Shown: positions 7,010 through 11,880 of the stretch, piece by piece
How positions within the stretch are numbered: position 1 is the first letter of the stretch
Layout: each line of letters opens with the position of its first letter
Assembly (NCBI GenBank): GCA_947085095.1
Contig: CAMTVD010000040.1
Span: 1 to 11,880 of the forward strand
Length of the DNA: 11,880 nt
Reading direction: 5' to 3'
From: an uncultured Thermus sp.
GTDB lineage: Bacteria; Deinococcota; Deinococci; Deinococcales; Thermaceae
Notes under the pieces: model-generated
Database searches by the model: none
The model's input: only the letters and a program-made list of their open reading frames with translations
What the model was told of the DNA's origin: nothing
Made by a program: the position numbers and the translations under genes

Positions 7010-9727
7010 CTACCGCCGGTGGGGCGGCCTCTCCTCCAGGCTAAGCCCCAGACGCGCCCGCGCCTCCTCCAAGGTCCCAGCGGGAAACTGGCCTTCCTCC
7101 ACCAGAAGGGCCAAGGCCGCGTAGGCGATGTGGCGGGCGTCCACCTCAAAGAAGTCCCGCAGCGCCTCCCGGGTGTCGGAGCGGCCAAAGCCGTCGGTGC
7201 CCAGGGCGCAGAAGGGACGGCCCACGTGGTCCCGCACCAGGCTGGGCAGGGCCTTGAGGTAGTCCGTGGCCGCCACCACCGGGCCCTCGTGCCCCTCCAG
7301 GGCCTGGGCCACGTAGGGCTTCCGGGCCTTGCCCAGAAGCCGCCGCTCCCTTTCCGCCTCTATGGCGTCCAGGTAGAGGGCCTTGTAGCTGGTGGCGCTC
7401 CAGACGTCCGCCACCACCCCGAAGTCCAAGAGGAGCTCCTGGGCCTTCAGGGCCTCCCTAAGCATGGGGCCGGTGCCGAAGAGCTGGACCCTTTTGCCCT
7501 TCCCCTCCCCTTGGCGGAAGAGGTAAAGCCCCTTGAGGATCCCCTCCTTCACCTGGTCCCGGGGTTCGGGCATGGGGGGGTGGGGGTAGTTCTCGTTCTC
7601 AATGGTGATGTAGTAGAAGACGTCCTCCCCCTCCCGGTACATGCGCCTCAGGCCATCCTCCAGGATCACGGCGAACTCGTAGGCGAAGGCGGGGTCGTAG
7701 GCCAGGAGGTTGGGGGCGGCCAGGGCGTAGAGGTGGCTCTGGCCGTCCTGGTGCTGCAGCCCCTCCCCCTCCAGGGTGGTGCGCCCCGCCGTGGCCCCCA
7801 GGAAGAAGCCCCGGGTGCGCTGGTCGGCGGCGGCCCAGACCAGGTCCCCGATCCGCTGCAGGCCGAACATGGAGTAGGTGATGAAGAAGGGGATGGTGGG
7901 GATGCCGTAGTGGGCGTGGGCGGTGCCCGCGGCGATGAAGTCCGCCATGGCCCCGGCCTCGGTGATGCCCTCCTCCAGGATCTGCCCCTCCTTGCTCTCC
8001 TTGTAGGCGGTGAGGGTGCCCGCGTCCACGGGGATGTAGAGCTGGCCCTGGGGGGAGTAGATGCCCACCTGGGCGATCAGGGCCTCCATGCCGAAGGTGC
8101 GGGCCTCGTCGGGGACGATGGGCACGATGTACCTGCCCACCACCGGGTGGCGGAGAAGCTTGGCCAGGATGCGCACGAAGGCCATGGTGGTGGAGATCTC
8201 CCGGCCCCCCGAGCCCTCGTAGAACTCCTGGAAGAACTCCTCCCCCGGGACCTCGAGGCCCCCCTTGAAGCGCACCCGCCTTTCGGGGACGAAGCCCCCC
8301 AGGGCCTTCCTCCTCTCCAGGAGATACCGCACCTCCTCGGAGTCCGGCCCCGGGTGGTAGTAGGGAAGCTCGGCCAGCTTCTCCTCGGGGATGGGGATCC
8401 CCAGGAAGTTCCGGGCCTCCTTCAGGTCCTCCTCGGTGAGCTTCTTCACCTGGTGGGCCACGTTCTTGGCCATGGCCGTGGGGCCCATGCCGTAGCCCTT
8501 GATGGTGCGGGCCAGGATGACCACCGGGCTCCCCCGGTGCTCCACCGCAGCCTTATAGGCGGCGTAGATCTTCTTGAGGTCGTGCCCACCCCGGCTCCGG
8601 GTGAGCTCGGTGAGCTCCTCGTCCGTCATGCCCTCTATGAGCCTCTTGAGCTCCGGGGTGTTGAAGAAGCGCTCCCTGAGCTCCTTTCCCCCAAAGGCGG
8701 CGTAGCGCTGGCTCTCCCCGTCCACCAGGGCCTCAAAGCGGCGGAGGAGGTGGCCCTCCCGGTCCCGGGCGATCAGGGCATCCCAAGCCGAACCCCAGAC
8801 CAGCTTGATCACCCGCCAGCCCGCGCCCCTATAGAGCCTCTCCAGCTCCTGGATGATCTTGGAGTTGCCCCGAACGGGCCCGTCCAGGCGTTGGAGGTTG
8901 CAGTTCACCACGAAGATGAGGTTGTCCAGGTTCTCCCGGGCGGCCAGGTGCAGGGCCCCCACGGTCTCCGGCTCATCGTGCTCCCCGTCCCCCAGGAAGG
9001 CCCAGACCTTGGCCGAGCTCTTGGGCTTCAGACCCCGGTCCTCCAGGTAGCGCATGAAGCGGGCCTGATAGATGGCCTGGATGGGCCCCAGGCCCATGGA
9101 CACCGTGGGAAACTCCCAGAAGTCCGGCATGAGCCAGGGGTGGGGGTAGCTGGAAAGCCCCCGTCCCCCCGCCACCGGGGGGTGGACCTCCCGCCGGAAG
9201 TTCTCCAGGTCCTCCTCGGAAAGCCTTCCCTCCAGGAAGGCCCGGGCATAGATGCCGGGGGAGGAGTGGCCCTGGAAGAAGACCAGGTCCCGGTCCAGAC
9301 CCGCCTCCGCCCCCCGGAAGAAGTGGTTGAAGCCCACTTCGTAAAGCTCGGCGATGGAGGCGTAGGTGGAGATGTGCCCCCCGATGCCGTCCGCCTTCTT
9401 GTTGGCCCGGGCGACCATCATGGCCGCGTTCCAGCGCAGGATGTTGGCGATGCGAAGCTCCATCCCCAGGTCCCCGGGATAGGGAGGCTCCAGCTCCTTG
9501 GGGATGGTGTTCAGGTAGGGGGTGTTGAGGCGGTTCTGGGGAAAGAAGCCCTGGAGGTAGAGGTACTCGTCCAGGTGGCGCAAAAGCTCCTCCACCCGCT
9601 CTGGGCCCTCCACCCGGAGCACGTACTCCAGGGACTCCCGCCACTCCCGGTTCTCCACCTCCCTAAGCCGGTCCCGCTCCCCTGGGGAGAGGGCCTCGAG
9701 GGCTTCCTTGAGCGCTTTCTCCGTCAT
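7010..9727 (-). CDS. aceE: Pyruvate dehydrogenase E1, homodimeric AceE type, 905 aa
   Basis: Motifs [34 protein letters not shown] motif GDGE...[18 protein letters not shown] and [10 protein letters not shown]. The ATG at 9727 has an AAGGGGG SD and is preferred over the track start at 9766. Confidence 0.97.
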   Translation of the reverse strand: MTEKALKEALEALSPGERDRLREVENREWRESLEYVLRVEGPERVEELLRHLDEYLYLQGFFPQNRLNTPYLNTIPKELEPPYPGDLGMELRIANILRWNAAMMVARANKKADGIGGHISTYASIAELYEVGFNHFFRGAEAGLDRDLVFFQGHSSPGIYARAFLEGRLSEEDLENFRREVHPPVAGGRGLSSYPHPWLMPDFWEFPTVSMGLGPIQAIYQARFMRYLEDRGLKPKSSAKVWAFLGDGEHDEPETVGALHLAARENLDNLIFVVNCNLQRLDGPVRGNSKIIQELERLYRGAGWRVIKLVWGSAWDALIARDREGHLLRRFEALVDGESQRYAAFGGKELRERFFNTPELKRLIEGMTDEELTELTRSRGGHDLKKIYAAYKAAVEHRGSPVVILARTIKGYGMGPTAMAKNVAHQVKKLTEEDLKEARNFLGIPIPEEKLAELPYYHPGPDSEEVRYLLERRKALGGFVPERRVRFKGGLEVPGEEFFQEFYEGSGGREISTTMAFVRILAKLLRHPVVGRYIVPIVPDEARTFGMEALIAQVGIYSPQGQLYIPVDAGTLTAYKESKEGQILEEGITEAGAMADFIAAGTAHAHYGIPTIPFFITYSMFGLQRIGDLVWAAADQRTRGFFLGATAGRTTLEGEGLQHQDGQSHLYALAAPNLLAYDPAFAYEFAVILEDGLRRMYREGEDVFYYITIENENYPHPPMPEPRDQVKEGILKGLYLFRQGEGKGKRVQLFGTGPMLREALKAQELLLDFGVVADVWSATSYKALYLDAIEAERERRLLGKARKPYVAQALEGHEGPVVAATDYLKALPSLVRDHVGRPFCALGTDGFGRSDTREALRDFFEVDARHIAYAALALLVEEGQFPAGTLEEARARLGLSLEERPPHRR

Positions 9728-9771
9728 GCTTCCCCCTTGGGCGCCAAGTACACTACACCGACTCACCCCTT

Positions 9772-9800
9772 AGTGTGGCCCAGGGTCGGGGGTTTGTCCA
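9772..9800 (-). promoter_or_regulatory. Candidate aceE promoter TGGACA-N17-CACACT
   Basis: A -35-like TGGACA (9795-9800), a 17-nt spacer and a weak -10 CACACT (9772-9777). This places the LysR box centre near -66. An alternative -10, TAGTGT, lies at 9750-9755. Confidence 0.4.
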
Positions 9801-9820
9801 ATAGCAGGTGCGCGGGCAAT

Positions 9821-9841
9821 ATGATAAGATTTTCCTATCAT
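9821..9841. promoter_or_regulatory. LysR-type recognition box (T-N11-A palindrome)
   Basis: ATGATAaG-atttt-CcTATCAT with T9825-N11-A9837. It overlaps the lysR extended -10 (TGaTAAGAT) and start codon. Confidence 0.7.
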
Positions 9842-10697
9842 GAACCTGCGGCGCCTGCGCCTTTTTCTCCTCCTCGCGGAAGAGAGAAACTTCCACAAGG
9901 CGGCGGAAAGGGCCTACCTTTCCCAGCCCGCCCTCTCCCAGCAGATCCAGGCCCTGGAAAGGGAGCTGGGGGTGCGGCTTTTGGAGCGCCGCCCCTTCCG
10001 CCTGACCCCGGCGGGGCAGGCCCTGAGGCGGGAGGCGGAGCGCCTCCTCAAGGAGGTGGAGGCCCTCAAGGAAAGGGTGCGCCGGGCAGGGCGGGAGGGC
10101 CTGCGCTTCGGGGTGCCGGAAAACCTCCTCCCCGACCTCATGCCCCTCCTGGACCACCTGCGCCGGGGCCTGGGAGAGGCGGTGGAGGTCCTGGAGATGC
10201 ACACCCCCGAGCAGGTCAAGGCCCTGTGGGAGGACCGCCTGGACTACGGCTTAGCCGGGCTCAAGGTGGGGGACCCGGGAATCGCCGAGGAACCCCTTTT
10301 CCAGGTGCCCATCGTGGTTCTCCTGCCCGAAGGCCACCCTTTGGCCGGAAGGGAACGCATCCCCTTGCGGGCCCTCAAGGACGAGCCCTTTCTCCTCCTG
10401 CCCAAGGAGACCCTCCCCCCCCTGCACGAGGCCTTCCTGGAGGTCTTTCGCCGGGCAGGCTTCACCCCCAAGGTGGTGCGGGAGGTGGCCCGCTTTCCCC
10501 AGGCGGTGAGCCTGGTGGCCGCAGGGGTGGGCGTCCACCTCACCCTGGCCCCCTACCGGGTCTTTCCCCACCCCGGCACCGTCCTCAGGCCCCTGGAGGA
10601 GGAGGCCGCCCTGCAGGTCTCCCTCATCCACCGCAAGGAGCCCCCGCCCCCGAGGCTTGCGGAGGTGCGGGGGCTTTTAAGGTCCTGGGCCCCTTAG
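9840..10697 (+). CDS. LysR-family transcriptional regulator, divergent from aceEF
   Basis: N-terminal LTTR HTH (NFHKAAERAYLSQPALSQQIQALERELGVRLLER...LTPAG), followed by a C-terminal effector domain (LVAAGVGV), 285 aa. Confidence 0.96.
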   Translation: MNLRRLRLFLLLAEERNFHKAAERAYLSQPALSQQIQALERELGVRLLERRPFRLTPAGQALRREAERLLKEVEALKERVRRAGREGLRFGVPENLLPDLMPLLDHLRRGLGEAVEVLEMHTPEQVKALWEDRLDYGLAGLKVGDPGIAEEPLFQVPIVVLLPEGHPLAGRERIPLRALKDEPFLLLPKETLPPLHEAFLEVFRRAGFTPKVVREVARFPQAVSLVAAGVGVHLTLAPYRVFPHPGTVLRPLEEEAALQVSLIHRKEPPPPRLAEVRGLLRSWAP

Positions 10698-10951
10698 GCC
10701 TTGAGGCCTTGGACCTCGTCTCCCCCCCAGGCCAGCTCCACCAGGCCGATCAGGTCCTCCACGGGCACCCCGTAGTCCCGGGAGAGGCGGGTGATCCCGT
10801 GGCCCAGGCGGCGCAGGTGGGAAAGCTGGGCGGGGTCGGCATCCTTGACCATCTCCAGAAGCCAGGAAAGGAGCACCTGGGCTTCCTCGTCGGTGAGGCC
10901 GTCGGTCAGGGCCTCGTCTTCCAGAAGGAGCTGGGCGGGGTCTTCCCTCAT
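10694..10951 (-). CDS. Small acidic hypothetical protein, 85 aa
   Basis: Codon usage matches the core genes, there is an ATGA overlap with the upstream gene, and an AAGAGG SD precedes the start. The sequence is helical and acidic. Confidence 0.75.
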   Translation of the reverse strand: MREDPAQLLLEDEALTDGLTDEEAQVLLSWLLEMVKDADPAQLSHLRRLGHGITRLSRDYGVPVEDLIGLVELAWGGDEVQGLKA

Positions 10952-11211
10952 CGCCTCTTTAGTATCTCCTCTTGGCGCACCAGGCCCAGCCTGCGGGCCA
11001 GAGCCTCCAGATGGGCGGGGTCTTTGGCCGCGGCCACCTGGGCCTCGAGGAGGGCCACGCGCGCCTCCATCTGCTCCAGTTGGGCCTCGAGGCGGGCCCG
11101 TTCCCGGGCTAAGCTTTGGGCCCGCACCCCCTCCTGAACCAGAAGAAAGAGGGCGTGGGCCAGTCCCAAAGCGAAGACCAGGTGAAGGAGGCGGTAGATG
11201 GGCCGCTCCAA
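10948..11211 (-). CDS. FtsB/DivIC-like septum formation initiator, 87 aa
   Basis: Short N-tail, one TM helix (LLHLVFALGLAHALFLLV), a coiled coil, then DPAHLEALARRLGLVRQEE, which resembles the DivIC/FtsB E-x-x-A-R-x-x-LG motif. TTG start at 11211 lies 9 nt after TATAAT. Confidence 0.75.
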   Translation of the reverse strand: MERPIYRLLHLVFALGLAHALFLLVQEGVRAQSLARERARLEAQLEQMEARVALLEAQVAAAKDPAHLEALARRLGLVRQEEILKRR

Positions 11212-11220
11212 GGTGGGTCC

Positions 11221-11226
11221 ATTATA
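11221..11226 (-). promoter_or_regulatory. Consensus -10 box for the FtsB-like gene
   Basis: A perfect TATAAT lies 9 nt upstream of the TTG at 11211, with no SD. Confidence 0.6.
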
Positions 11227-11327
11227 CCGCAACCGCCCGGTCCCCTTGTGCAAAGCGGGGATTCTCTCCAAAATGAGAAGGGAGGTCCCAAGGGGATTGG
11301 ATGCAGAAAGCGGCCAGCGAAGGAAAG

Positions 11328-11356
11328 AGTTTCACTTTACCTTGATAAAGTAAACT
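11328..11356. promoter_or_regulatory. AT-rich inverted repeat, candidate operator
   Basis: AGTTTcACTTTA-ccttga-TAAAGTAAACT lies just upstream of the -35 of the second Fur-family gene. Confidence 0.5.
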
Positions 11357-11363
11357 GAAGGTG

Positions 11364-11391
11364 TTGCATTTGCACATCCCATGTGTATACT
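11364..11391 (+). promoter_or_regulatory. Sigma-A promoter TTGCAT-N16-TATACT
   Basis: The -35 is at 11364-11369 and the -10 at 11386-11391. The spacer carries the palindrome TGCACAT-ccc-ATGTGTA. An AGGAGG SD precedes the ATG at 11415. Confidence 0.7.
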
Positions 11392-11414
11392 GGAACTGAA
11401 AGGAAGGAGGAGCC

Positions 11415-11858
11415 ATGCCAAGGACCAAGGAAAAGGAAAACTACCGGGCGCGGCTAAAGGCGGTTGGTCTCAGGCACACCCTGCCCCGCGAGCGGATTCT
11501 AAGCTACCTAGACCGCAAGAACGTCCACCCCACCCCCGAGGAGCTCTACAACGGCCTTAAGAAGCGGGGCTACGACATCGGCCTCTCCACCGTATACCTG
11601 AACCTCCACGTCCTTCGGGAGCACGGCCTCATCTACGAGTTCCGCGACCCCAAGGGCCTGACCCGTTACGACGGCTACAACGAGCCCCACGTGCACCTAG
11701 TCTGCACCTCCTGCGGAAAGGTGGAGGACCTCCTCTTGAAGAACCTGCCGGAGCTCGACCTCTCCCAGGCGCAAAAGGCTGCCGCCGAAAAGTCCGGCTG
11801 GTCTTTGGAGAACTTCCGGCTGGAGTTCCGGGGGCTTTGCCCCAACTGCCAGGAGTAG
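11415..11858 (+). CDS. Fur-family (PerR-like) transcriptional regulator, 147 aa
   Basis: GLRHTLPRERIL...HPT...GLSTVYLNL...RYD...HVH..CTSC....D...CPNC, with a strong SD. Confidence 0.94.
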   Translation: MPRTKEKENYRARLKAVGLRHTLPRERILSYLDRKNVHPTPEELYNGLKKRGYDIGLSTVYLNLHVLREHGLIYEFRDPKGLTRYDGYNEPHVHLVCTSCGKVEDLLLKNLPELDLSQAQKAAAEKSGWSLENFRLEFRGLCPNCQE

Positions 11859-11880
11859 GGGTTCCTCTAGGCTCCCACCC

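Noticed and set aside
7019..11137. 1372-aa plus-strand ORF, and similar long ORFs at 1494..3101, 3483..4484 and 4542..6671
   Set aside because: These are antisense or off-frame shadows of well-supported genes, expected in high-GC DNA with strong codon bias. They show no recognisable domains.
11262..11279. TTCTC-N8-GAGAA inverted repeat
   Set aside because: The 5-bp arms are too short to distinguish from chance.
11109..11428. Small ORFs in the ftsB-fur intergenic region (11109..11291, 11116..11358, 11222..11428)
   Set aside because: They overlap promoters or real genes and show no convincing SD or protein features.

Overview
GC-rich bacterial DNA whose gene content and codon style point to a Thermus-like (Deinococcus-Thermus) chromosome (inference). 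Most of the window (3138-11858) is housekeeping: folC, a Fur/PerR-family regulator, hemC, aceF and aceE (pyruvate dehydrogenase E2 and E1, no E3), a divergent LysR regulator, a small hypothetical gene, an FtsB/DivIC-like gene and a second Fur/PerR-family regulator. The left 3.1 kb is an accessory, decaying module. A SARP-like (wHTH-BTAD) plus TPR activator gene is followed by two lipoprotein cassettes. Each cassette is preceded by the same promoter architecture: CGTT(C/A)A direct repeats at an 11-bp period, exactly 12 nt upstream of a TANNNT -10 box. The first lipoprotein looks truncated, because its ORF runs through a terminator hairpin. The second is frameshifted at a G7 run and interrupted by an IS630-like element at a TA. 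The activator, its repeat operators and the lipoprotein cassettes are the best candidate for an undescribed regulatory system.
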